Part shown: piece after piece, positions 38,112-53,626 of the stretch
Layout of the letters: each line of letters begins with the position of its first letter
Position numbering within the stretch: the stretch's first letter is position 1
Position numbers and translations under genes: made by a program
DNA from: Eledone cirrhosa
Taxonomy: Eukaryota
DNA length: 64,000 bases
Direction: 5' to 3'
NCBI GenBank assembly: GCA_964016885.1
Contig: OZ024749.1
Coordinates: 36,642,001 to 36,706,000, forward strand
Notes under the pieces: generated by a model
The model's database searches: none
What the model was told of the DNA's origin: nothing
The model's input: only the letters and a program-made list of their open reading frames with translations

Positions 38112-40099
38112 ATGTATCTAAGTATTATATATATATATACATATATGTGTGTGTATGTGTGTGTAAGAATGTTTGTGTGTGTATGCACACACATCCACAC
38201 ATACAATAGTTCCATATGACTGATTTTTACAGGGTGTGGAGCATGCATATACACACAAATATTTCTTCACATATGCTTAGACACACAGACACACACACCA
38301 ATACACTAATCCACACACACACACACACACATACATACACACACACATACATTACCAGTAGATAATGTCGAACTCTTCTTTTTATTTATTACATTGTTAT
38401 GTTTTGTTTCAACTTGTTTGATTTTATATATTTCGCTTTGATGGTGGAGTCAGTAGTGACCTGATGGCTGGAGTGGCAGCTTTGTCCACAGAATGAAGGG
38501 CTACACCCAGAGGCGTAACTAGGGTATAGAAAGCATGGCACATGATATGAAGGGGGTGTCACTTGGACTAAGAGCACTTTCTATTAAAGTGAAATAACTC
38601 TTTCAGATGTCTAATCTGTCTCTGATTATCATGGTTGAGAACACTATGGTGGTTGGATCATTAACACTTTAGCATTTAAACCAGCTGTATCTGGCCAGAA
38701 TTCTCTCACCTCTTTCTGTTCAAACCAACTATAACTGGCCACTCATACTGATGTTAAGATATTATTCTCAAAATAAATAATATCAAAATCTCATAGATTC
38801 GATATTATGTGAGGTAATTATGTGAAATAAAGTGTTTACCGTGAAAATACAATAGTATATATAGAGTAATGTAAATCATTTATATAAATTATTAGTCCCA
38901 TAGACAAAAATTCAGTGCTCAACAGGGGCGCAATTTCACTGCTTGCCATTGGTACTATTTTCCCTCTGGCCACACCCATCACCATTTCCAGAGCTTCTGC
39001 TATTTGGGCAGAAGAGAAACAACTATCTTCACACTCCACCCAAAATACATACAATAAACTCGACTTTGCTAAATACTGAAGACATGTAACCCAGTGGTTA
39101 GGATGTTAGACCTACAACTATAAGGTTGTGGGTCCAATTTCTGGATTGATTGGCATGTTGTGTTCTTGAGCAAGACACTTCATTTCATATTGTTCCAGTC
39201 CACTCAACTGGAAAAAAATAATCGTATCTATTTTTGGCACAAGGCCAGCAATTACCCCAGTGCATTAGTGGTACTTTATTTTATTGACCCCGTAAGGATG
39301 AAAGGCAAAGTTAATCTCCACGGGATTTGAACTCAGACCGTAAAGGGGCAAAAAATAATGAGTTATCAGTGTTTGCTGGGGTTTAACCCATGCTGTAAAC
39401 TGTCACCTGGTCCAGGGAAGAGTGTTTTTATAATGTGACTGGGTTGGTAGCACTGGTACTAATGATGGTAGTGGTGGTAGTGTTAGTGGTGGCTTTTTTA
39501 TGGTAGCAGTAATGGTGGTGATAATATTAGTAGTGGTGGAAGGAGAGTACTGGTACTGTTGACAGTAGTAGTAGTAGTAGTAGAAGCAGCAGCAGCAGCA
39601 GCACTAGTGATGGTGGTGGTGGTGTTGGTGATGCTATTGTCAATTCCCTCAGGTCAGCTTAGTTCTCATTGCAACCATCTCGTAAATATTTAATTGAGTT
39701 CGAAGTTAACTATTATATTTCATGCAGATGTCTGAATTATTTATTCCTTAAACAATGTAATATTATTTCCCTGATTATTTATGGGTGTTAAACATAAAAG
39801 ATCCTTTATTTTAGGGGGAAGATATGCGTGAAGGTTGTACCCTCCCACAGATAGGGAGTATTTGTGTTTATAACAAATAACAATAAAAGGAAGCTGATTA
39901 TTAAATTGGACCAAGGAAACAATGTTTCCATTGGTATTTCAGTTGCTGATACTATATGTCAGTTATAACTTCTGGCAAAAGAAAGGAGCTGATCATCAGA
40001 CCAAACAATGGTTTGAATAAAAAGTGACAGAACCACCCATTAGAATGGAACACCAGATCTACACAGATCACTATACTCAGACAGTGGTTGGGAGAATAG

Positions 40100-40550
40100 G
40101 CTATTAATACAGATCAAATGTGTAAACCAGATCTCACCACAAATTAATGAACCATATGTCACCATAGCACAAATCAGTGAACCAGATGCCACCACAGATC
40201 AAATTAATGAACCATATGTCACCATAGCATGAATTAGTGGTTGAGATGTCTCAACAGATCAAATGAGTAAACCATATGTCTTAACATCACAAATTAGTGA
40301 TCCAGATGTCATCACAGTACAAATGAGTGAACCAGATGTCATCACATCACAAATTAGTGATCCAGATGTCACCACAGATCAAATGAATGATCCATATGTC
40401 TCCACAGCACAAATTTGTGATCCAGATGTCACAACAGATCAAATGAGAGATCCAGATGTCACAACAGATCAAATGAATGATCCATATGTCACCACAACAC
40501 AAATTAGTGATCCAGATGTCATAACAGATCAAATGAGTGAACCAGATGTT
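40100..40550. repeat. 30-bp (60-bp dimeric) minisatellite
   Basis: CAAAT(G/T)AGTGA(A/T)CCA(G/T)ATGTCACCACA... units. Confidence 0.88.
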
Positions 40551-42044
40551 AAGTTCATATCCACTGTACATGGATTGTTGTGCATCAAAGTATGACATGT
40601 AATTATACATGATAGCTCTTCTTGTAGTCATGGATTATAGCTAACTAGTGTGATTCTGGAGAAGTTACCTACTATATACTAGCATACTATCCCAGTGCTG
40701 GTGACAGAAATATCAAACATACTCGTTCTCAACAGAGAAATACACATCACTTTCATTTTTACTCTTCTTGTCATTGTGGAAAATAGACAGTAGGGATGGT
40801 TTGGGGGAAGTTATTGTCTGTATTTAGACTAGCAAACAATCTAGGTGTTAATAATTGGTTCTACTTTTGGCACAAGGCCAGCAATTTTGGGGGAGGGGAA
40901 AGTTGATTAAATCGACCCCAGTGCGTGACTGGTACTTTATTTTATCGACCCTATAAGGATAAAAGGCCAAGTTAACCTTGGCGGGATTTGAACTCAGATC
41001 ATAAAAAGCCGCAACTTTATGCTGCAAAGTATGGCGTCCGACCCTCTATCAATATTGCCAATCCACCGCCCTTTCAATCTAGGTGTTAGTAATGACAACA
41101 ATAATTGTTTCATTTATTGGCCACAAGGGCCAACAAAAAAGGGACAATACAATAGACGGGGACAGTGGGGGTTTACATATAAAATGTGTAAAAGAATATA
41201 AACAATAATAATCAAATAACAATGAGAATTCCTCAATAGTGTGTGGAGAGGGTAACCACTTAATAATAAAAAAGAAAAGGAAAGAAAAGGAAAAAAAAGA
41301 ATAGGAAAATATAGAGAAAAAAGAAAAAAAAAGAAAAAAAAAGAACGAGAAAGGGAGGGGGATGGCAAAAACACTAGTGTCACAGAAGAGAGGTGAGGGG
41401 TGAATAGGGATGGGTGAAGGGGAGGGGTGAAGGAGGAGGGATGAAGGGGGAGGGGTGAAGGAGGAGGGATGAAGGGGGAGGGTGATTGGGTTAGGGTTAG
41501 GCTTAAAGTTAGGGTTAGGTGATTGGGCTTTAGGCCTAAGGTATGGAGGCAGAAGGACTGTGCCCCATGGACAAGACTACAAAATCATTACTCTTTTACT
41601 CTTTTATCTGTTCCAGGCATCTGGCTGAGGCCATGCTGGAGTACTGCCCATGATTATTTATTTATTTTTTTTTAAATTTTAAGTTTTCATTATATTTCTT
41701 CTTCTGTAAACATAGATGGACTCTTACATTTATATGTTAGTATTAACATCTAACGCATGAAACTGAGAAATTTAAAACACTTTAATTTTTGTAACTTTAC
41801 AACATTTTTCAAATTTAATTTAACTTCAAAAAAGCAATGAAAATAAAGAAGGAAAAACAAATTTCCAGAGCAATGGTCGGAATCAAAGGACAAAAAAAAA
41901 AAATCCTAAACTAGAAATTAGATTTTAGATGAGAAGAGATGTAAAAACTTGACATGTCATCAGTACAACTTCTTAATAAGTGGATAGCAAGTTAGATGAG
42001 AGCTTGTTAAGTTGATTACCACAACACCAAGCAATCTGTAACAG

Positions 42045-43905
42045 ATACACACATATACACACATATAAACATAGACACATACACACATATACATATACAC
42101 ATACATACATATGTGCTTAGACGCATACAAACATGTACATATACACACACATACATACATATACACACATACGCACATATACACACACATGCATACACGC
42201 ATGTACATATACACATACATACATATGTGCTTAGACGCATACAAACATGTACATATACACACACATACATACATACATATACACACATACGCACATATAC
42301 ACACACATACATACACACATGTACATATACACATACATACATATGTGCTTAGACGCATACACACATGTACATATACACACACATACATATACACACATAC
42401 GCACATATACACACACATACATACATATACACACATACGCACATACGCACATATACACACACATGCATACACACATGTACATATACACATACATACATAT
42501 GTGCTTAGACGCATACACACATGTACATATACACACACATACATACATATACACATATACGCACATATACACACACATACATACACACATGTACACATAC
42601 ATACATATGTGCTTAGACGCATACACACATGTACATATACACACACATACATACATATACACACATACGCACATATACACACACATACATACACACATGT
42701 ACATATACACATACATACATATGTGCTTAGACGCATACACACATGTACATATACACACGCATACATACATATACACATACAGACATGCACACATATACAC
42801 ACTCATACATACGCAAACACACATGTACATATACATCTACACACATGTTTAGGCGCATACACACATGTACATATACACACGCATACACACATATACACAT
42901 ACACATATACATACACATACACATGAATACAAGCACATACACACACATACACATAGGCACATGTACATATACACACACATACACATGCATAGATGCACAT
43001 TCATACACATACATAAACATAAACTCATGCACATACAGATTCACATGCACATATAGATACACATTTGCATACAGATACAGATACACACACGCATATATAT
43101 ATATATACACACATGCGTGCATACATACAAACACATAGACATACATACACATACACATACACATACAGATACACATATGCATACAGATACACACACACAC
43201 ACATATATATATATAGAGAGATATACACACATAGACTTAGACATACATACATACACATAGACTTAGATATACATACATACACATAGACTTAGACATACAT
43301 ACATATAGACTTAGACATACATATATACACATAGACTTAGACATACATACACATAGACTTAGACATATATACACATAGACTTAGACATACATACATATAG
43401 ACTTAGACATACATATATACACATAGACTTAGACATACATACATATAGACTTAGACATACATATATACACATAGACTTAGACATACATACATATAGACTT
43501 AGACATACATATATACACATAGACTTAGACATACATACATATAGACTTAGACATACATATATACACATAGACTTAGACATACATACACATAGACTTAGAC
43601 ATACATACACATAGACTTAGACATACATACATATAGACTTAGACATACATATATACACATAGACTTAGACATACATACACATAGACTTAGACATATATAC
43701 ACATAGACTTAGACATACATACATATAGACTTAGACATACATATATACACATAGACTTAGACATACATACATATAGACTTAGACATACATATATACACAT
43801 AGACTTAGACATACATACACATAGACTTAGACATATATACACATAGACTTAGACATATATACACATAGACTTAGACATATATACACATAGACTTAGACAT
43901 ACATA
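42045..43905. repeat. Compound (CA/TA) higher-order arrays
   Basis: Landmarks TGTGCTTAGACGC (42110-42860) and CATAGACTTAGA (43230-43900). Confidence 0.92.
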
Positions 43906-43999
43906 AACCAGATCTGACAAGAATTTACCAAACACTGATGCAATTAAACAAAGAATAATTTCTTGAAATTAAATTTAAAATGGTCTTCTTCTTCTTCAA

Positions 44000-45260
44000 T
44001 ACCACATCTCCCCACACCACACCCTTCCTAGCACTTCACCAACCCCAACACCACACCTCCCCACATCACATCCTCCCCAACACCACACCCATCCTAACAC
44101 CACACACTCCAACACTTCACCAACCCCAACACCACACCTTTCCCCAACACCACACCCATCCTAACACCACACCCTCCAACACTTCACCAACCCCCAACAC
44201 CACACCTTTCCCCAACACCACACCCATCCTAACACCACACCCTCCAACACCACACCTTTCTCCAACACCACACCCATCCTAACACCACACCCGCCAACAC
44301 TTCACCAACCCCAACACCACACCTTTCCCCAACACCACACCCATCCTAACACCACACCCTCCAACACTTCACCAACCCCAACACCACACCTTTCCCCAAC
44401 ACCACACCCATCCTAACACCACACCCTCCAACACCACACCTTTCTCCAACACCACACCCATCCTAACACCACACCCGCCAACACTTCACCAACCCCCAAA
44501 CCACACCTTTCCCCAACACCACACCCATCCTAACACCACACCCTCCAACACCACACCTTTCTCCAACACCACACCTTTCTCCAACACCACACCCATTCTA
44601 ACACCACACCCGCCAATACTTCACCAACCCCCAAACCACACCTTTCCCCAACACCACACCCATCCTAACACCACACCCTCCAACACTTCACCAACTCCCA
44701 AACCACACCTTTCCCCAACACCACACCCATCCTAACACCACACCCTCCAACACTTCACCAACCCCCAAACCACACCTTTCCCCAACACCACACCCATCCT
44801 AACACCACACCCTCCAACACTTCACCAACCCCCAAACCACACCTTTCTCCAACACCACACCCATCCTAACACCACACCCTCCAACACTTCACCAACCCCA
44901 ACACCACACCTTTCTCCAACACCACACCCATCCTAACACCACACCCTCCAACACTTCACCAACCCCAACACCACACCTTTCCCCAACACCACACCCTCCA
45001 ACACTTCACCAACCCCAACACCACACCTTTCTCCAACACCACACCCATCCTAACACCACACCCTCCAACACTTCACCAACCCCAACACCACACCTTTCTC
45101 CAACACCACACCCATCCTAACACCACACCCTCCAACACTTCACCAACCCCAACACCACACCTTTCTCCAACACCACACCCATCCTAACACCACACCCTCC
45201 AACACTTCACCAACCCCAACACCACACCTTTCTCCAACACCACACCCTTCCTAACACATT
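44000..45260. repeat. C/A-rich modular minisatellite (AACACCACACC core)
   Basis: Modules CCCATCCTAACACCACA, CCTCCAACACTTCACC and CCTTT(C/T)CC. Confidence 0.92.
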
Positions 45261-45342
45261 CTTTGTCACCAAAACCCATTGCTATATTTGAACTTCATCC
45301 CAGACAATTCAAGCAACAAGGGATACTAGTATTAATTATTAC

Positions 45343-46075
45343 AAGGCGGTGGATTGGCAGTATCGGTGGAGGGTCGGACGCCATGCTTTGCAGTATAGAG
45401 TTACGGCCCTTTACGGTCTGAGTTCAAATCCTGCCGAGGTTAACTTTGCTTTCATCCTTACGGGGTCGATAAAATAAAGTACCAGTAATACACTGGGGTA
45501 ATAGCTGGCCTTGTGCCAAAAGTAGAAACAATTATTACAATTGGTAGTATCGGTAGAGGGTCGGACGCCATGCTTTGATGCATAGAGTTACGGCCCTTGC
45601 CATTCTGAGTTCAAATCCTGCCGAGGTTAACTTTGCCTTTCATCCTTTCGGGGTCGATAAAATAAAGTACCAGTAATGCACTGGGATAATTACTGGCCTT
45701 GCGCCAAAAATAGAAACAATTATTTGATGGTGGATTGGTAGTGTTGGTAGAGCATTGGACAATATGCTTTGCAGTATATAATTATGTCCCTTTACATTCT
45801 GAGTTCAAATCCCACCCAGATTAGCTTTGCCTTTCATCCTCACGGGGTCCATAAAGTAATGTACCAGTCATGCACTCGGGTCAATTTAATCGAATTTCCT
45901 CTCCCTTAAAATTGTTGGCCTTGTGCCTAAATCAAAAACCATTATTACATCATTATCTGAGTTCAAATCCCACCAAGGTTAACTTTGCCTTTCATCCTTA
46001 CGGGGTCAATAAAATAAGGTACCAGTAACGCACTGGAATAATTGCTGGCCTTGTGCCAAAAGTAGAAACAATTAT
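45343..46075 (+). mobile_element. Tandem cluster of 4 tRNA-derived SINEs (dominant family)
   Basis: A-box TGGCAGTATCGG, B-box GAGTTCAAATCC, core CTTTCATCCTTACGGGGTCGATAAAATAAAGTACCAG (Nin/Deu-like), end GGCCTTGTGCCAAAAGTAGAAACAATT. More than 20 copies in the window, e.g. 4560-5225 x3, 21250, 28420, 29905, 31840-32215 x2, 47905, 52270, 58420, 63793; reverse at 36140, 39230, 40855, 55120, 55955, 58845-59125. Confidence 0.9.
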
Positions 46076-47644
46076 TACATCATCATTTTACACCATGTAC
46101 TGCATGGGTTGGTCAGCTTGTCACAGTCAAATACAAGATGGTTACAATGACCACATCTTGCTCAGCTAGTCAATATATTGGCATGATTTTTTACAGCTGG
46201 ATGTCCCTCCTAATGCATTATTTATTTATTTTAGAAAATATACAACTTAATTATAAATGAGCAGTTTAAGATATGAATGAGTGATAGGAAGAAGAGGAAG
46301 AAGTGAGAAGCAACTGCATGAGAAGAGATGGGGGAAATACTTTTGCTTGGTTACATTAATGATCCGAGTGGCTTCAAACAATATATCAAACTAAGTCATC
46401 GATGAAATTACTTCCATTGAATGAAACTTTGTCCTCGAAAATATTGATTTCGACAAATGTTTACAATTTATTGACTTCGCATTCGAAAGCTGGTGTTTGG
46501 AATATAACTTAACAAATATTCTTACATAAGATTATCATGGAATACTTAAAAACGAACAATTTTGTATCATAGAAGCTGGGGTTTCAAGCTGTATGGTGGC
46601 AGAAAGGTTAATGGTTGTGGATAAGACTCTTAACAGATGTATAGTTGTGTCCGTCTGAGATTTAGATAATTAACTGGTAGACTCCGAGCAAGATGGTTGG
46701 ATAACATCCATGAGCTTGGCTGGTCATGCTTGGGGATCCAGCCGGATCAGTTGGAGACGGTTGCTTCAGACAGGACCCACTGGAGGGAGTGTTTGAGGAC
46801 TCTGCCCTCCACGACCCTATCATGAATATGTGGGCAAAGAAAGTGGATTAGAAGAAGAAGAAGAAGCGATTTCATTGATCAAACAACTGGAACTCTCATC
46901 ATTGGAACTGACAGAGGTCGAACCCAGGGCTAAAATATTGTTTGATCTATCTACAGGAAATGTAGATGTAAAGACATTTGTGATGGTGATGATGATACTA
47001 CAAAATATTTGATTTCCCCTCCATCACACGCATGGCTGGTTATGCTTGGTGATCTAGCAGGATCCACTGGAGGGAGTGTTTAAGGACTCTGCCCCCACAA
47101 TTCTCTCAGGAATAAGTGAGTGAAGAAGAAGAAAACTGGTTGATTAACATAAAATGTATGCCGTGAAGAAGAATAAAAACCGGATTAGCTCTTGATAAAT
47201 TTTCTCCCAGAACATGCAAGCAGTTGGTGTTAGCAAAGTTTCTACAGCCAGATGCTGTCGAAAACCTGCTCCTAGTCCAGTCTGTGAAGTGTTAGTATTA
47301 AGAAGGGCATCAAGCTGTAGAAACCATGCTCCCAGTCCATGCTGTAATGTGGTTGGTGTTAGGAAGGTCATCCAACCATACAAAACTTAGTCAAAAACAA
47401 GACGTGATCACTTGACCAATCTTGCCTCATGATGTGACAGCCAGCCTAATCCAACCGGAAATTTATAAATTCCTAAATTTATAAATTTATTATAATAAAT
47501 TGAAGTGAAAGCAACTGGTGCGTGTGTTTCTTATTGGCAACATGACCCTCCCAAAGTATAATAATATCGGTTTCAACACACGTTTTCAGATAAAGAATCT
47601 TGCTAAACAAATTCAGAAACGAAATATATATATATATATATATA

Positions 47645-47686
<42 letters not shown>

Positions 47687-48428
47687 TAGTGTTATATATA
47701 GGTGTTGTATATAGTTCAATGAACCTAATGTGTTTTTAAAGTTAACATGTCAATCTTTGTGTCACTCAGCTAATTTTGACTATGGAAATAGAATACAGAA
47801 TACAACCTGATATCTGATGGGAGTAAATACAGAGACTCTAGAAATTATGTCACTGTTTGGAAAATATTTCTACCCACAAATATGAGAAACTTTAACATTA
47901 TATAGGGCGGTGAATTGGCAGTACCGGTAGAGGGTCGGACGCCTTGCTTTGACGCATAGAGTTACGGCCCTTGCCATTCTGAGTTCAAATCCCGCCGAGG
48001 TTAACTTTGCCTTTCATCCTTACAGGGTCGATAAAATAAAGTACCAGTAATGTACTGGATAATTGCTGGCCTTGTGCCAATAGTAGAAACAATTATATAA
48101 TGTCTCTTGTCTCTTGAATATACTGTATATTGTGCAAGGCATTAGACCATACCTGCTCATAGCTATGAGAATGTTTAACACTATATACTGTCTGTAGGTT
48201 GTACTGTATATTGTACAAGGTACTGGACCATAGCTGCCCACAAATATGAGAAACCTTAACACTGTATAATGTCTATTGCCTCTTGAGTTTACTGAACATT
48301 GTACAAGGCATTAGAACATCCCTGCTCATAGCTATGAGAATGTTTAACACTATATAGTGTCTGTAGGTTGTACTGTATATTGTACAAGGCATTGGAACAT
48401 CCCTGCTCATAGCTATGAGAATGTTTAA

Positions 48429-48646
48429 CACTTTAGCATTCACATTACTCTATATTTATTATTGTCTTTTCACTGTAAAGGCTTTATCTCACATAATGTC
48501 TCATAATATCAAATCTATGAGATTTTGATATTATTTATTTTGAGAAAAATACCTTAACATAAGTATGAGCAGCCAGTTATGGCCAGTTTGAACAGAAAGA
48601 GATGAGAGAATTCTGGCAGGATATGGCCAGTTTAAATGCTAAAGGA
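48429..48646 (-). mobile_element. piggyBac-type MITE copy (reverse)
   Basis: TTAA flanks at 48425 and 48647; interrupts an ~88-bp tandem repeat. Confidence 0.78.
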
Positions 48647-48869
48647 TTAACCCTATATAGTGTCTCTGGGTTATACTGTACATTGTGCAAGGCACTAGAC
48701 TATCTCTGCCCACAACTACGAGAATGTTTAATGCTGTGTAGTATCATCATCATCACCATCAACATCATTATCCTCATTTTGGGGCCTTTTTGTCCTGACA
48801 CCTACACGACCATTTAATAGTGTTGACTGAGCGCCTTTTGTCATAAGACCATCATAATAATCATCATCA

Positions 48870-49265
48870 TTTCTACATCCATTTTTCCATGCTTGCATAT
48901 GTTGGATGGGTCATATACAGCACATCACCTCTCCACTCGTTGCATTCCTTCATATTCTCTCTGTGAGTCTCAACAATTTTAGATCAGCTCTCACCACCTC
49001 CACTTAGGTTTTCCTTGGTCTACCTCTACTGGAATTTCTTTCCACTGGCATTTCCTGGCACTTCTTCACCCATTGTTCATCATCCATGCGCATCACAAGT
49101 CCATACCAATGCAGTCTTCTTTCCTGCACACCACCTTGGATTCCTCTTAAACCCAGCATCTCCTTCAACTCATCCAAGCTCTGCCTTTCTCTCACACTTA
49201 CATTGCACATCCAATGAAGCATAGTCATTTCATTTCACTCCTCTGCAGTCACAGCCCATGTTTCA
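48870..49265 (-). mobile_element. RTE-clade LINE 3' fragment
   Basis: MLHWMCNVSVRERQ...LGLRGI...QERRLHWYGLVMRMD...VKKC...SRGRPRKT, the RTE C-terminal RLRW.GHV.RM and RGRP.K motifs, with an (ATG)n tail. Confidence 0.85.
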
Positions 49266-49772
49266 CTACATTGTACAAGGCACTACCTGTCCCTACCCAT
49301 AGCTATAAGAAGTCGAGCCCCTATTATTAAGACACCTGAGAAGCCTCCTATGAGATGCAACCTCATAGGAGGTCAGCTAAATCTGGATGTGGGATGAACT
49401 GTAAATTCTATTTTATTTATTTATTCTGGCATAGAAAGTTTAACAATGTATAACATCTCTATATGATAGAGTGTCGGGAATTGAACTTACAGTGTTAGAA
49501 TCATGAGCTGAACACTCTAACCACTAAGCCACATACATTCGCACATGTCTCGTAAGTATATCATCATCATCATCATCATCATCATCGTTACCACCACCAT
49601 CATCATCATCATCATCATCATCATCAGCATCACCATCATCATCATAATCATCATAATCATCGTAATCATCATCATCATCATCATTGTAATCATCATCATC
49701 TTCATCTTCATCATCATCATAATCATCATCATCATCTTCATGACCATCATCATCCTCATAATCATCGTAATC

Positions 49773-49826
<54 letters not shown>

Positions 49827-50379
49827 TTTACTGTTTTACGTGAATTTTTTCATGCTAGCATGGGTTAGACGGGTTGTCCTGTTGTGGGCAATGCTAGGTC
49901 AGGTGACTATGTCTTGCATATATAAAACTGATTCTGGCTTGGTTTCTACATTTGGGTGCCCTTCCTAACGCCAACCTTATTTACAGTGAGTACTGGGTGC
50001 TTTTTGTCGTGTCAACAACACAACCACTTTACAGTGTGGGCTGGGTACTTTTTGCTGTGTCACCATCATGACCACTTTACAGTGTGGGCTGGGGGCTTCA
50101 CTGGATGTAAACTCCATATTGCCCTCAGTACATATACCCATATATGCATTTCATAATGAAGGCAACAAAAGAGTCTGTACAGGGTCACACAATCTGTCAG
50201 ATATAGCAGCCAAGTCTATTTCAAATCACACAGTTCAATGTTGAAAAATGAAGGACACATTGAATAATGTAGTCCCAGATACATTATGTCTAAATAAAGG
50301 TCTGGATGGTCACATCTGGAACATTGTTCATTATAAATCTACTGGATCAGAGCTGACATTTCTCACTCTTTTTCTTTCT

Positions 50380-51373
50380 CTCTCTCTCACACAATACACA
50401 CTTACACACACACAATACACACTTACACACACACAATACACACTTACACACACACACACAATACACACTTACACACACACAATACACACTTACACACATG
50501 CACACAATACACACTTACACACATGCACACAATACATACACACACACATTTACACACATACACACTTACACATAATACACACGTATCCACACAAAACAGC
50601 AATTGACATACAGAGATAGATAGACACATACACACATGCACAGACATGCAATGTATGCAAATTCATACACATAGACACACACATATACAGACAGACACAC
50701 ACTCACACATATACATAAATGGACAGACGCACACATACATATGTACATACAGAGAGAGAGAGAGACAGAGAGAGAGAGAGAAAATGAGATACAGAGTGAG
50801 TGTGTGTGTGAGAGAGAGAGATACAGAGAGTGTGTGTGTGAGAGAGAGAGATACAGAGTGTGTGTGTGTGTGAGAGAGACAGAGAGTGTGTGTTTGAGAG
50901 ATACAGAGTGTGTGTGTGAGAGAGACAGAGAGAGTGTGTGTGAGAGAGAGAGATACAGAGTGTGTGTGTGTGAGAGAGACAGAGAGAGTGTGTGTGAGAA
51001 AGAGAGATACAGAGTGTGTGTGTGTGTGAGAGAGACAGAGAGTGTGTGTGTGAGAGAGAGAGAGACAGAGTGTGTGTGTGTGTGAGAGAGACAGAGAGTG
51101 TGTGTGTGAGAGAGAGAGATACAGAGTGTGTGTGTGAGAGAGACAGAGAGTGTGTGTGTGAGAGAGAGAGAGACAGAGTGTGTGTGTGTGTGAGAGAGAC
51201 AGAGAGTGTGTGTGTGAGAGAGAGAGATACAGAGTGTGTGTGTGAGAGAGACAGAGAGTGAGAGAGAGAGAGATACAGAGTGTGTGTGTGTGTGTGAGAG
51301 AGAGACAGAGAGAGTGTGTGTGACAGAGAGAGATACAGAGTGTGTGTGTGTGTGTGTGTGAGAGACAGAGAGA

Positions 51374-51432
<59 letters not shown>

Positions 51433-51598
51433 ATCTATAATGTCCACTTAATGCCACACATGTCATTTTGCCGTGGCCAGTTGTCACCCTTAGCAACCAA
51501 CATTGGCGTCATGTAACAAGCAACTGTTGTTATGGCAACACCACAGTTGTACTTGTCTCTCTTTTCCTGTGACATCTGTGTGGGCATGTAAAGGAATT

Positions 51599-51657
<59 letters not shown>

Positions 51658-51704
51658 TACACACACACGCAACAACACACATATACATATAGATATACAT
51701 ACAT

Positions 51705-51741
<37 letters not shown>

Positions 51742-52056
51742 CATACACACACACACACGCAACAACACACACATATATATATATAGATATACATACATAC
51801 ACACAAACACGCAACAACACACATATATATAGATATACATACACACACACGCAACAACACACACACACATATATAGATATACATACATACACACACACGC
51901 AACAACACACACACACATATATATAGATATACATACACACACGCAACAACACACACATATATATAGATATACATACATACACACACACGCAACAACACAC
52001 ACACACATATATATATAGATATACATACACACACACATATATATATAGATATACAT

Positions 52057-52087
<31 letters not shown>

Positions 52088-52270
52088 GATATACATACAT
52101 ACACACACACACATAGATATACATACATACACACACACACATATAGATATACATACATACACACACACACATATATATATATAGATATACATACATACAC
52201 ACACACTCATATATATAGATATACATACACACACTCATATATATAGATATACATACACACACACACACAG
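50380..52270. repeat. (CA)n/(GA)n/(GT)n compound arrays flanking a unique island at 51427-51600
   Basis: Direct inspection. Confidence 0.92.
51483..51539. promoter_or_regulatory. Cluster of RFX X-box-like motifs
   Basis: GTCACCCTTAGCAAC (51483-51497), GTAACAAGCAAC (51513-51524) and GTTGTTATGGCAAC (51526-51539), against consensus GTNRCC-N0-3-RGYAAC. Confidence 0.5.
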
Positions 52271-52499
52271 TATCGGTAAAGGGTCGGACGCCATGCTTTC
52301 CAGCATAGTTACGTCCCTTTACGTTCTGAGTTCAAATCCCGCCGAGGTTAACTTTGTCTTTCATCCTTACGGGGGGTCGATAGAATAAAGTACCAGTAAT
52401 GCACTGAATAATTTGCTGGCCTTGTGATGTTACTGAAGACTGGGTCTTAGGAGTTGTTCATGTCAGCTGTCAATTCCCTCCCTGCCCAAGGACTCCTTT

Positions 52500-52650
52500 A
52501 AGTGTAATGTTGGTGGTGGTGGTGGTGCTGATGGTGATGGTCATTGTGCTGGTGATGGCGGGGGGTGTGCTGGTGGTGGGTGGTGATAGTGGTGGTGATA
52601 GAGGTTGTGGTGGTGGCGGCAGTGTTTATGGCGTTGATGGTGAGGTAGTT

Positions 52651-52682
<32 letters not shown>

Positions 52683-52724
52683 GATGGTGGTCTTGGTGAC
52701 AGTGGTGATGATGGTGAGGTAGTT

Positions 52725-52766
<42 letters not shown>

Positions 52767-52897
52767 ATTACAGTGAAGGTATTTGTGGTGATAGTGGTGA
52801 TGATGGTTGTAGTGGAGGCGGTAGTAGTAGTGGTAGTAGTAGTAGTAGTAGTAGTGATGGTGGTCTTGGTGACAGTGGTGATGATGGTGAGGTAGTT

Positions 52898-52932
<35 letters not shown>

Positions 52933-53154
52933 TACAGTGAAGGTATTTGTGGTGATAGTGGTGATGATGGTTGTAGTGGAGGCGGTAGTAGTAGTGGTAG
53001 TAGTAGTAGTAGTAGTAATTACAGTGAAGGTATTTGTGGTGATAGTGGTGATGATGGTTGTAGTGGAGGCGGTAGTAGTAGTGGTAGTAGTAGTAGTAGT
53101 AGTAGTAGTGATGGTGGTCTTGGTGACAGTGGTGATGATGGTGAGGTAGTTGTG

Positions 53155-53186
<32 letters not shown>

Positions 53187-53405
53187 TACAGTGAAGGTAT
53201 TTGTGGTGATAGTGGTGATGATGGTTGTAGTGGAGGCGGTAGTAGTAGTGGTAGTAGTAGTAGTAGTAGTAATTACAGTGAAGGTATTTGTGGTGATAGT
53301 GGTGATGATGGTTGTAGTGGAGGCGGTAGTAGTAGTGGTAGTAGTAGTAGTAGTAGTAGTAGTGATGGTGGTCTTGGTGACAGTGGTGTTGAAGGTGAGG
53401 TAGTT

Positions 53406-53456
<51 letters not shown>

Positions 53457-53590
53457 ATTACAGTGAAGGTATTTGTGGTGATAGTGGTGATGATGGTTGT
53501 AGTGGAGGCGGTAGTAGTAGTGGTAGTAGTAGTAGTAGTAGTAGTAGTGATGGTGGTCTTGGTGACAGTGGTGATGAAGGTGAGGTAGTT

Positions 53591-53626
<36 letters not shown>

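Noticed and set aside
40263-40595. 110-aa ORF of 10-aa repeats (SDPDVTTDQM)
   Set aside because: Explained by a 30-bp minisatellite; no flanking splice sites or homology recognised.
41488-41520. TTAGGG telomere-like hexamers
   Set aside because: Only about four imperfect units; too short to call an interstitial telomere.
45343-45440. tRNA-like A/B boxes
   Set aside because: They are SINE heads; no complete cloverleaf, so no tRNA gene is called.
47555-47600. CTGAAAA...GAAACCGATA on the - strand near a TA tract
   Set aside because: Core mutated and stems ambiguous; not supportable as a ribozyme.
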